Of a stretch of 32,000 nt of DNA, positions 1 to 7,869 are shown piece by piece. Positions within the stretch are counted from its first letter, which is position 1. Every line of letters starts with the position of its first letter. Both the position numbers and the translations under genes were made by a program. Source of the stretch: Candidatus Electrothrix sp. GW3-4 (GTDB taxonomy: Bacteria > Desulfobacterota > Desulfobulbia > Desulfobulbales > Desulfobulbaceae); NCBI RefSeq assembly GCF_037902255.1, contig NZ_CP147990.1, positions 300,001-332,000 of the forward strand. The letters run 5' to 3'. A model generated the notes under the pieces. It searched no databases. It saw only the letters and a program-made list of their open reading frames with translations, and had not been told where the DNA came from.

Positions 1-581
1 TCCTGCTTTGCCAGGGCCGAGAGCACGGCATCGGCATCGCGGCGGGGATCAATGAAGGATGCGCCCTCCGGCCTGCTGACAATAAAGAGGAGATGCAGAT
101 TGGGCTTGGCAGCGCGGGGCTGCGGGGTCCGGGCATCGCCAGCACTGGGCAGTCCCCGCCGGATGGAGATAGGCGGGTTCTCATTACAGAGATAGGTGCC
201 TCCGGGCGTGTGGAGCAGCTCCCACGGCAGAGTGAGCACGGCAGGCTCATCAGCAGCAATACTGAGGACGCGGCCTTTCTCCCTACTCTCCAGGAAGCGG
301 TCAAAGAGCTTGGCCGCCTTGCGCTCGCCTTCCAGAGCGGCCTCAAACAGGGCAGTGCCCCAGACCGGCAGCCGCTCCTGCACTGCGGCAGCCCGGGTAT
401 CATCGGGTTCAGCAGCATAGCTGGTGCCGTAGTCCTCCAGGTACCAGCGGAGTTCGTTGAGGTCTTTTTCTTCCAGGGGATTGATGAACTCGGCAGGTGG
501 GCTGTCGCCCTCCTCGTTGCCGCGAAGGGAGACCATGACATGGCTGGCATCGGGAAAGGTCAGGCGCAGTTCTATGGACAT
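1..581 (-). CDS. CHAT-domain protein, N-terminal ~193 aa (gene continues past the left edge of the window)
   Basis: Minus-strand frame is open from ATG (581-579) to position 1. AAGGAAG Shine-Dalgarno (complement of 588-594) sits 6 nt upstream. Absent from the ORF track because there is no stop in the window. My translation: MSIELRLTFPDASHVMVSLRGNEEGDSPPAEFINPLEEKDLNELRWYLEDYGTSYAAEPDD...VLTLPWELLHTPGGTYLCNENPPISIRRGLP...KPNLHLLFIVSRPEGASFIDPRRDADAVLSALAKQ. The LPWELL and LLFIVSRP..IDPRRD segments resemble the entry into CHAT (caspase-like) domains. Track ORFs 93..602(+) and 196..420(+) are antisense shadows. Confidence 0.55.
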   Translation of the reverse strand, partial: MSIELRLTFPDASHVMVSLRGNEEGDSPPAEFINPLEEKDLNELRWYLEDYGTSYAAEPDDTRAAAVQERLPVWGTALFEAALEGERKAAKLFDRFLESREKGRVLSIAADEPAVLTLPWELLHTPGGTYLCNENPPISIRRGLPSAGDARTPQPRAAKPNLHLLFIVSRPEGASFIDPRRDADAVLSALAKQ

Positions 582-647
582 GGAGGGCTTCCTTGGGGAT
601 GAGTTGGATAGGGGGCATACTGGGTTTATGCAGACATGAACGGGCGG

Positions 648-780
648 TTGGGGTGGACACCAATGACCGGTTGGGGTAGACACCAATGACCAGTTGGGGT
701 AGACACCAATGACCAGTTGGGGTAGACACCAATGACCAGTTGGGGTAGACACCAATGGACCAGTTGGGGTAGACACCAAT
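648..780. repeat. Six tandem copies of a 23-bp unit TTGGGGTAGACACCAATGACCAG
   Basis: Unit starts at 648, 671, 694, 717, 740 and 764. Period is 23 bp, with one 24-bp copy carrying an extra G. The first copy has 2 mismatches and the middle copies are identical. All frames contain stops. Lies 67-200 bp upstream of the CHAT gene start and downstream of the OMF gene stop. Confidence 0.95.
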
Positions 781-992
781 AAATGATCGCTGCCTATTCC
801 TTGCAGATAGCCGTGCAACCCAGGTGCATAACGATCACGCCGCCACTGGGCATGGTGTCAGGCTCCTTGGGGGCTGTGAGGAATGTATCTGCTATAGGCT
901 GTCATGAATAACAGCTCAGGATTATACCAGAACAGGGCGCGTTGCCCAAGGGAAACAAAGAGATGGATGGATCAGGACAGATAAGGCGATGT

Positions 993-2438
993 TCATGGGG
1001 CATGGTCAGTATCCTCCGGGCAGCACGGCCAGCCGCCGCCCAAGGCTTTGTACAGACGGATGAGATTGGCCGCCATGGTTCCCTCGCTGCCTGCCAGCTG
1101 ATTGGTAAAGGAGAGCAGGGTCTGCTGGGTTGCCAGCACAGTAGTAAAATCAATGAGACCGGCCTGGTATTTATTCTCAGCCAGTTGAACTGCCTGGTCG
1201 GCTTCCTGCACAGCACGGGCCAGTGAATCCCTTCTGCTCTGTTCGTTGACATAGGCGATCAGGGCGTTTTCAATCTCTTCCGTTGCCGCCAACACCGCAG
1301 CCTCGTAGGCGATCAGGGCTTGTTGCTGCTGTGAGGTTTGGACCTGGATATTCTTTCGGATTGCTCCGGCATCAAAGATGTTCCAGGAGGCACTGAGTCC
1401 GGCCTGTTCGGCCCAGAAGGCAGGACTAAAGAGACCTTCGGCAAAACGGGCAACAGACAGGCCGTTGATGCCAATGACTCCGCTCAGGCGCAGTTTGGGA
1501 TAGAGCTCTGCTGTGGCGACCCCGACCCGTGCGGTCTGGGCGATCAGTTCGCTTTCCGCCTTGCGGATATCAGGCCGACGTCGGATGGCGTCGGCAGGTA
1601 GCCCCACAGCCACGGTTGCCGGAATCCGGGGAACAGGCTTTGCCTTGTTGAGTTCCTCATGCAGGCTGCCTGGCTGCTCACCGAGCAACACAGCCAGCCG
1701 ATTCATGGCGGCCCCAAGAGAGGTCTCCAGAGCAGGAATTTGGGCCTCTGAGCTTTCCAGGTTGTACTGGGCCTGATGCTGGGCCAGTTCGTCGTCCAGC
1801 CCGGCTTCGACCTGCCACTTGACCAGCTGCCGGGTCTCGCGCTGCATGGCCAGGCTTTTGCGCACATTGGCCAGCTGCATCTGGGAACTGCGCAGTTCAA
1901 CATAGTTCAACGCGACTTCTGCTGTCAGGGAAACCAGGACATCCCGCAGGTTCTCCTGGCTTGCCCGGAGGTCTGCCTCTGCCGCTTCCAGGGAACGACG
2001 AACGCTGCCAAACAGGTCTGCCTCCCAGCCAGCACTGAGGCTGAGACTATAGTTTTCACCGGAGCTGTCGTTTTTGCCGTCACGATTCCAGGAAGCATTG
2101 CCAGAGGTGTCAAGGGAGGGAAACCTGGCTGTTATTTGGAGCCCTTGTTGCAAGCGGGCCTGCTTCACCCGTTCTGCTGCAGTTTTCAGATCAAGATTAC
2201 CCTGAACAGCCCGCTTAATCAGGGCGGTGAGCTGCTCATCCTCTAATAGCTTCCACCATGATGCCAGTTGTTGCGGATCAGCCTGTTCCGCCTGCAACCC
2301 CCTGAGCAGAGGAGAATGCCACTGTTCAATCGGGAGCAGTTCTGGTTTTTGATAATCCGGCCCAACCACTGCGCAGGCAGTCAGGATGTGGAGAAGAAGA
2401 CCGCAGCAGAGCGCGGAACTGAGGGGATGTTTTTTCAT
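993..2438 (-). CDS. RND/efflux outer-membrane factor lipoprotein, NodT family
   Basis: Track ORF 993..2510. I prefer the internal ATG at 2438, giving MKKHPLSSALCCGLLLHILTAC, a signal peptide with a lipobox Cys. This is followed by VVGPDYQKPE, typical of NodT lipoproteins. Two long helical repeat halves run through the rest (LDLK...AQ...). No MFP or RND pump gene is adjacent. Confidence 0.85.
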   Translation of the reverse strand: MKKHPLSSALCCGLLLHILTACAVVGPDYQKPELLPIEQWHSPLLRGLQAEQADPQQLASWWKLLEDEQLTALIKRAVQGNLDLKTAAERVKQARLQQGLQITARFPSLDTSGNASWNRDGKNDSSGENYSLSLSAGWEADLFGSVRRSLEAAEADLRASQENLRDVLVSLTAEVALNYVELRSSQMQLANVRKSLAMQRETRQLVKWQVEAGLDDELAQHQAQYNLESSEAQIPALETSLGAAMNRLAVLLGEQPGSLHEELNKAKPVPRIPATVAVGLPADAIRRRPDIRKAESELIAQTARVGVATAELYPKLRLSGVIGINGLSVARFAEGLFSPAFWAEQAGLSASWNIFDAGAIRKNIQVQTSQQQQALIAYEAAVLAATEEIENALIAYVNEQSRRDSLARAVQEADQAVQLAENKYQAGLIDFTTVLATQQTLLSFTNQLAGSEGTMAANLIRLYKALGGGWPCCPEDTDHAP

Positions 2439-2667
2439 GCTGTTTATTTGCCTGGGCAATTTCCAGAACGCATGCCTTAATTTCCCGGCAGTGCATTCTT
2501 TGTTGATCATTGTACACCTTAGCTGAGACCTTGGCCGCTTATATTTAATAATTTCAACCCGACCGCCGTACAGCCGAAAAAAAGGAGGAGAACCGGCAAG
2601 AGAAAACGGCGGAAGGGCCGGAAAGAGGATGTTTCTTTATGAGAGGTGGATCTCCTTTGCAGGACTT

Positions 2668-2695
2668 CTGAATCCTGAATCCTGAAGCCTGAATC
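2668..2695. repeat. Heptamer CTGAATC x4 (one G variant)
   Basis: ctgaatc ctgaatc ctgaagc ctgaatc read directly from the sequence. Located in the AT-rich intergenic region upstream of the OMF gene. Confidence 0.9.
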
Positions 2696-2880
2696 GTGTT
2701 CTATCGGCAAAGGAACTTGATCCATCTCTTTACCTGTTATAGCCCAAGCATGTAAAGTAAACGTGTTGCTCCGGTTGAAAATTGTAAAGAGATTGTAAAG
2801 TGGTGGATTAGGGAATGAATTTTCAAAGAAGCAAAACGGGGAACTTGCTGAATACAAATTATAATTTTTGTACCAAAGTT

Positions 2881-2979
2881 GATGGTCTGGTAAAAAGTCA
2901 GAAAACAGCAAGTCGCTAGCGCCAACTCAACGAGTTGCGCGACAAGATTTCGAAAAATTGGATTTTTTATGAAACCATC
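2881..2979 (+). mobile_element. 99-bp MITE-like element, copy A (most diverged)
   Basis: Starts GATGGTCTGGTAAAAAGTCAGAAAACAGCA and ends AAATTGGATTTTTTATGAAACCATC. The termini are inverted repeats of each other. Flanked by AAAGTT / AAAGAT. Homologous over its full length to 17379-17477, 19143-19241 and 24541-24639. The strand label only denotes relative orientation. Confidence 0.8.
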
Positions 2980-3185
2980 AAAGATGAATTTGATCAAGTT
3001 TTTTTGTTGGTAATAATTTTTGAACGATTTTTTTGAAAGTATATGTAATATGATTGATCAGTTAGCCTAATAGGTTTGTTTTTTGTAGTGCGAGGTGCAA
3101 AAAATAGTTTGATTTCTATGAAGATAGAAGATATTATATAGGAATAAATATCATAAGTAAGAAATGTACAAAAGGAGGAGGACCT

Positions 3186-3536
3186 ATGTGCAATACAAAA
3201 AAATATAACGGAGTATTCCGAAACACGTCTCGTGTTTTTTTAAAGGCAGCGTTTGTTATGATGATTTTACTGTCACTGACATCTGTAAAGGTTGCCTTTA
3301 GCGCAGAAATGAATGGGGTCATAAAGGAGATGCCCGGTCTTGGGTGGCCCTATGGTATCTGGTATCTCGAAGATAAAAGGGTGCAGATTACCGAGGAAAC
3401 TGTTTTCAAAGGAGATCAGTCCAAGGCTACATTCGGTACAAAAGTTGTCGTTAAAGGAAGCAACGTTGACAATGTTTTTACCGCATATGAGATTGAAGTC
3501 AGGACGGAAGATGATCCTGTGTTTGCCGATAATTAG
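3186..3536 (+). CDS. Small secreted protein (possible DUF5666/OB-fold-like)
   Basis: Strong RBS aaaggaggagg ends about 5 nt before the ATG at 3186. N-terminal hydrophobic signal ...MMILLSLTSVKVAFSAE. The mature part, GVIKEM...VQITEETVFKG...GTKVVVKG...AYEIEV, looks like the small beta-barrel DUF5666 pattern. The family call is weak. Confidence 0.6.
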   Translation: MCNTKKYNGVFRNTSRVFLKAAFVMMILLSLTSVKVAFSAEMNGVIKEMPGLGWPYGIWYLEDKRVQITEETVFKGDQSKATFGTKVVVKGSNVDNVFTAYEIEVRTEDDPVFADN

Positions 3537-3670
3537 CTGCGGAATACAGGGTGGTTTAGCCTGGGATACTGACCTTTTTACAGTATGATGGGTGAGTTTT
3601 GGCTGGCGGCAGCAATATAACTTCCCGGCCTGGCGGGCCGGGATGGCAAAAGATGAAAGGCGAAACGCTT

Positions 3671-3696
3671 GGTCGGCTTCTCCGGCCATTTTCTTA
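3671..3696 (+). terminator. Possible rho-independent terminator
   Basis: GGTCGG-cttct-CCGGCC stem (one G-U pair) followed by ATTTTCTTA. Lies between the convergent genes 3186..3536(+) and 3708..4205(-). Confidence 0.3.
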
Positions 3697-3707
3697 TACA
3701 AAAAAAA

Positions 3708-4205
3708 TTATTTTTTGTCTTCGAGGAGTTCCTCTAAGAGATGAACCTGGGTGCGGAAATCATCGCCGACCAGTTCACTGATACTCTGCTGGTAAGAATC
3801 CACAGTGATGCCTTCACTGCTCAGGCGTTCACGCAGCAGCTCTGGGCTGCTTTGGGCAACCTGAGCCAAGATGGTTAGCGGTGCTTGGGCCAGGGCCTTG
3901 ATCGGTGGGACAAAAGGGGAGTGATGATGTTCTTCACCGCCCATCGGGACAAAGCTCAGTGCCAGGAGGAGGATAAAGCTGCCCAGGAGCATCTGTCCTT
4001 TACGCTGGGTAAGGTATCTCTTAAAGGGCCCGAAGTTGAGGGCAAGATGTAATAGCGCTCCGGCCAGAAAAACCCAGCTCAGCCATTCGTGGACCGCCTT
4101 GTTCAGGCCAGTGGCTGCATGAAAAAAGAGGAGAACGCCGGTCACGGCGGTCAACAGGAAGGCGCCTGTGGTTATCGGGGTAATCCAGTCACGTGTCATT
4201 CTCAT
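3708..4205 (-). CDS. DUF4405-type membrane protein
   Basis: Has 3-4 TM helices with FFHAATGLNKAVHEWLSWVFLAGALLHLALN, the His-containing pattern I associate with DUF4405. The C-terminal soluble tail is acidic. No clear SD. Confidence 0.55.
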   Translation of the reverse strand: MRMTRDWITPITTGAFLLTAVTGVLLFFHAATGLNKAVHEWLSWVFLAGALLHLALNFGPFKRYLTQRKGQMLLGSFILLLALSFVPMGGEEHHHSPFVPPIKALAQAPLTILAQVAQSSPELLRERLSSEGITVDSYQQSISELVGDDFRTQVHLLEELLEDKK

Positions 4206-4400
4206 GGGGAATACGTTAGAGGTAAAAATTTGTGTTTGCAGGGTACCGTAGATACTGTTCGAGCTCCCGCAGGAAAAAATCGGAGGAACCGGCGCAGGAT
4301 CTACGTTACGGGTTTCTCTGCGCCCAAGGGGCAGAGCGGCGTCCGGTTCTCCTTTTATCGGGATGAACCATGGTAACTCATCCCAATTTTATAATACAAG

Positions 4401-4422
4401 GGGCAGACTTGCGAGTCTGCCC
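4401..4422 (-). terminator. Hairpin terminator after the Spy/CpxP-like gene
   Basis: GGGCAGACT-tgcg-AGTCTGCCC perfect 9-bp stem, 25 nt downstream (minus strand) of the stop at 4448. Followed on the minus strand by CTTGTATTATAAAATT. Confidence 0.5.
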
Positions 4423-4447
4423 GGAAAATTTGCGTTCTGGCAGGGGG

Positions 4448-5032
4448 TTACATCCTGCCCATGCCTTTTTTCATGCCCTGGCCTCCTCCGCCCTGACCGT
4501 TCATCATGCAGGGAGGGGTCATGCCGTTGCCCTGACCTGCACCGCGTCGGTTCTGCCGCAGAGTGCTCAGTTTGTCATGCTGCTCTGGAGTGAGCAGCTT
4601 GCGGAGAGTCAGGCGGGTTTCGGTTCGTTGTTCAATCATCTGGCCTTTGACGGCAGCCACCTTCTTGGATAATTTGTGGATCGCATCTTCATTCACCTTA
4701 TCGGCAGCAAAGGCCTGTTCCATTTTCAGGCGCAGACTGTCCATCTCCGCCCGTAGGGCTTGTATTTTTTCCCGGGCCGCAAAATCAGCGTCTTTCAACT
4801 TGCTAACCTGATCAGCACTCAGGCCCAGGTCCTTTGCTGCCAGTGCATTTTTCCAGAGACCTAAACCCCCACCGAAATGCCTGCTGTTTTGTCCGCCTTT
4901 CATGGCGCAGCCTTTGCCCTGGCCTTGCCCCCCCCCTCTGCGACAGGCATTTGCTGTCATGGGAACAAGGGATACGGTGAGCAGACCAGCCAGTACAGCT
5001 GTAGCAATTTTTTTGTTGAGACGTGTTTTCAT
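4448..5032 (-). CDS. Periplasmic Spy/CpxP/ZraP-family (LTxxQ) chaperone-like protein with Gly/Gln/Met-rich ends
   Basis: AGGAGA RBS before ATG 5032. Signal peptide MKTRLNKKIATAVLAGLLTVSLVPMTANA. Helical core with the LTPEQ motif. Termini GGGQGQGKG and GQGGGGQGMKKGMGRM resemble ZraP-type metal-binding tails. Confidence 0.7.
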   Translation of the reverse strand: MKTRLNKKIATAVLAGLLTVSLVPMTANACRRGGGQGQGKGCAMKGGQNSRHFGGGLGLWKNALAAKDLGLSADQVSKLKDADFAAREKIQALRAEMDSLRLKMEQAFAADKVNEDAIHKLSKKVAAVKGQMIEQRTETRLTLRKLLTPEQHDKLSTLRQNRRGAGQGNGMTPPCMMNGQGGGGQGMKKGMGRM

Positions 5033-5071
5033 GTTGTTTCTCCTGGTTATTATTGAGTGGTAGTGAATCTG

Positions 5072-5338
5072 TCAGTTCCCTGGGCAGAATTCTTCCTGAG
5101 TCAGTTCGCCGTCTTTGTTGCTGTCTTTTGCTTTGAACATGATTTTGGCTTGGTCGTCACCTCTCGGATGGGGGATGTCCATAAATTCCGCAAAGGTTAT
5201 TTTTTTATCATTATTGGTGTCTAACTCTGCAAAACGCTGCAGACAGCGCATGCCTCTGCCTTGTCCCTGCGCAAAGCTGTACCCCGTAAACACGGTGATG
5301 CTCAATGCAATTATTGCTGTTGCTTTCCATAGGTTCAT
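5072..5338 (-). CDS. Secreted EF-hand calcium-binding protein (two EF loops)
   Basis: I prefer the ATG at 5338 (MNLWKATAIIALSITVFTGYSFA signal), which is preceded by AAGGGAGGGGAG. Two canonical loops: DTNNDKKITFAEF and DSNKDGELTQEEF. Confidence 0.75.
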   Translation of the reverse strand: MNLWKATAIIALSITVFTGYSFAQGQGRGMRCLQRFAELDTNNDKKITFAEFMDIPHPRGDDQAKIMFKAKDSNKDGELTQEEFCPGN

Positions 5339-5585
5339 TTTTCTCCCCTCCCTTATTTTAGGCACGGTTGTGCCAACGAGTTATTGAGCAAGAAGATTGG
5401 TTTCTCTTGTTTATGGTGATAATATAGACAATGAATGTAAAGGAAATTTGTTTATCAAGAAATAAATTGTAAAGGTTTTGTAAACCCTGAGCAGGTGCGT
5501 CGGAAAGGCCTGGAACAGGCTGCTCTGTTTTGCAAAGAAGAGTAGGTGAAGGGACAGGCGTTTTCACAGGCTCGATAAAAATGCA

Positions 5586-5615
5586 TTGACAGACAAGATT
5601 CTCGGCGGGTATTTA
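5586..5615 (+). promoter_or_regulatory. Candidate sigma70 promoter
   Basis: TTGACA (5586-5591), an 18-nt spacer, then TATTTA (5610-5615). Sits 70 nt upstream of ATG 5685. Pattern match only. Confidence 0.3.
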
Positions 5616-5684
5616 TCGTTAAGGACATCAGGTTCCAAAATGGGCCACCATGAGTTAAGTGTTTTGCTGAAAAGGAGAAGAAAG

Positions 5685-6152
5685 ATGCAACTGAAGCGAA
5701 AAAAAAATATGGGGAGGCTTGCAGCCGTATTACTCTTCACTGGCTGCTTTATGCTGACAACCGGTAAGGCAATCCTGGCGCAAGAGAATAAGGTTCAACT
5801 CGATTTTACCAAGATTCGGCAGGCCTTGAAGAAGGAAGGAATGGCTTCTGGAGGGGCAGCTGCAACCGTTCCCAGCATGAGTACCGGACAGATGTCGGCA
5901 ACAACAGCTGGCTCGCCAGTGAAGAGTACACAGGCGAGTTCGGCGGTGATCGGAACCATGGATCAGGAGATGGCCCAGGTGATGGAAGAGACCATGCAGA
6001 ATACCTCCATCAGTTCCGATATTATGGCGGAGATGCAAAAAAAGGTTATGGCTGAGAATATGGGGTCCATTCAGGAGGCCATCCAAGCCTCGGTAATGAA
6101 AAGTGTACAGGATTCTGTGCAACAGACAGCCACCGACCCGATGGCTAAATAG
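5685..6152 (+). CDS. Secreted Met/Gln/Ser-rich hypothetical protein
   Basis: AAAGGAGAAG RBS (5671-5680) before ATG 5685. Signal MQLKRKKNMGRLAAVLLFTGCFMLTTGKAILA. The mature part is rich in Met (MDQEMAQVMEETMQ...IMAEMQKKVMAENMG). No family recognised. Confidence 0.6.
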   Translation: MQLKRKKNMGRLAAVLLFTGCFMLTTGKAILAQENKVQLDFTKIRQALKKEGMASGGAAATVPSMSTGQMSATTAGSPVKSTQASSAVIGTMDQEMAQVMEETMQNTSISSDIMAEMQKKVMAENMGSIQEAIQASVMKSVQDSVQQTATDPMAK

Positions 6153-6276
6153 AACCTCCCTAAAAAGCGCTCCCCCCGGCCTGCGGTCGGGGCCAAACTT
6201 CGAAGTAACAGTGACGTACACGTCATGTCGCTTAGAAGATGAAAAGATGAATCCTGGGATGTGGTGCGTGCTCTCA

Positions 6277-7632
6277 TCAAGGTGTGGATGCACCCTTCCG
6301 GGGCATCTGGAGCATCCCGTACAGGAGACTAGCGATCAAGCCGGAAGCAAGAGCCAGAAGAAGAGCAGACTCTTTTCTCGGTTTGATCGGTGTCGGCGGC
6401 AGTACAGGCTTTTCAATGACCCGTATCTGTTCAGAACGTTTCCTGAAGTTTTGCTCTGTCTCAAGTTGCTGAACAAGGGTTGCGTATCGCTTCCGAGTTG
6501 CTTCAGCCTGCTGCCGGAGCTCTCCGAGTATGTCGCCTTGCTCTGTAGTACTTTGTAATTTATTTTCTAACTGACGGATTCGCCGTTGCACAAGCTCTGT
6601 CTTCTCCTGCTGTTTGCGAGAGGCAATTTTGGCGAGGACAAGCTGTTCAGCAACGGTTTCCACCTCCCGTTGTTCTGCTTCTGGAACACTGGCTGTGCTA
6701 TAGAGCAGCTTTTTTAACGACGCGATCTGGAGGCGGACATTGGCGATGAGTTGGTCGCCACTACCTCCTTCCCCGTATTTCTCTCTGAGCTCTTGCTCAT
6801 AGAGCTTTAAGCGGATAAGGTCTTTTCTCTCCTCGTTGAATTCTTCCTGCAGCACCTGTTCGCTGTTCTCAGACTTGAGGGTCTCTGCGAATTGTTCTTC
6901 CAGATCCTTTAGTTGACTCAAGTGCTCATGCAGGTTTTCTTGCTCCGTAGAGAGTAAGGTCGTCATCTTGTCATATTGCTCAGTGATCTTATCCGGGGCC
7001 TCTCCGACAAGAAGCAGCTGATGCCTCTGTTGGAACATGGATAAGGTCCTCGCTGCCTGGTGCATTTCCTGGCGCGACAAGAGGAGCTGTTCGTTTTGTA
7101 AGGCCTCCTCATGAGATTGAAATTTTTTGTATTCTTTTTGGAAGAGCTGGAGAAGGGTTTCCACAACCCGAGCAGCCATCGCTGCCTCTGGGTGCTGAAA
7201 GGTGATCTTGATGATGCGGGTCTCTTGGATGGGGATGACCGTGAGCTGCTGCTGAAAGGTGGCAAGGGCATGGGAGAGCAGCTCATCCTCTCCCTGGGTA
7301 TTTTGTTCAAGATCAGGGAAAAGCTGGGTGATTCCTATGGTTGTCATGACCTGTTCTGCCAAGACATTGCCCCGAAGTATTTCAATGGCCGTTTGCAAGG
7401 TGAGAGCTTTCTGCTCAGCTGCAGCCGGGGAAGGGGGGCTTGATGTACCTTCCTCAGCCTGTTTCTCCTGGCTTTCCCCTATTTTTATCTCCGGGATATG
7501 AATACGAGCATGTGCTTCAAACAGCGATGAGCGAAGCAGGGCGACTGCTGCGACAGTTGCTGCAATAAGGAAAAAGACAACTGCCATCCCGACCGCATGT
7601 TTTTTAAGAGAGGCGACAAAAACTGGCATCAT
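6277..7632 (-). CDS. Polysaccharide chain-length-determinant-like protein (GumC/Wzz superfamily)
   Basis: N-terminal TM (MAVVFFLIAATVAAVALL), a long Glu/Gln/Leu-rich coiled-coil periplasmic region, and a C-terminal TM (LLLALASGLIASLLYGML). The track start at 7758 is a TTG. I use ATG 7632 just before the first TM, but the start is uncertain. Confidence 0.6.
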   Translation of the reverse strand: MMPVFVASLKKHAVGMAVVFFLIAATVAAVALLRSSLFEAHARIHIPEIKIGESQEKQAEEGTSSPPSPAAAEQKALTLQTAIEILRGNVLAEQVMTTIGITQLFPDLEQNTQGEDELLSHALATFQQQLTVIPIQETRIIKITFQHPEAAMAARVVETLLQLFQKEYKKFQSHEEALQNEQLLLSRQEMHQAARTLSMFQQRHQLLLVGEAPDKITEQYDKMTTLLSTEQENLHEHLSQLKDLEEQFAETLKSENSEQVLQEEFNEERKDLIRLKLYEQELREKYGEGGSGDQLIANVRLQIASLKKLLYSTASVPEAEQREVETVAEQLVLAKIASRKQQEKTELVQRRIRQLENKLQSTTEQGDILGELRQQAEATRKRYATLVQQLETEQNFRKRSEQIRVIEKPVLPPTPIKPRKESALLLALASGLIASLLYGMLQMPRKGASTP

Positions 7633-7869
7633 ATCGTATTTCAGAAAAATGTGAGAAATAATTGGGCCGTCACCACGCTTGCTTCTGCCGTGAAGATAAG
7701 GATGATGCCCCGATTGCACTACCCTTAAAGTAATAGGCAGAAGCCTTACTTTATGCAACCGATTTCTGTGGATGCAGTCTTTCTCAGCGTTATTTTCTTG
7801 ACCTTCCTCTCACAAAGAGGTAGTAGTATTTTTTATACTTTTCGAAAAAAATAATATTTTTTTAACCAG

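Noticed and set aside
93-602. Track ORFs 93..602(+), 196..420(+) and 409..732(-) as genes
   Set aside because: They overlap the much better supported minus-strand CHAT N-terminus or the repeat array. Their products are low-complexity Arg/Ser/Pro/Gly-rich sequences typical of antisense frames in GC-rich DNA.
648-780. Possible CRISPR array, given short identical direct repeats
   Set aside because: The 23-bp units are contiguous with no spacers between them, and no cas genes are nearby. This is a tandem repeat, not a CRISPR array.
5361-5374. Sigma54-type promoter (TGGCAC...TGC) upstream of the EF-hand gene
   Set aside because: On either strand the spacing is GG-N9-GC rather than the required GG-N10-GC. 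The predicted start would fall inside the RBS. The sequence is simply a GGCAC/GTGCC palindrome.
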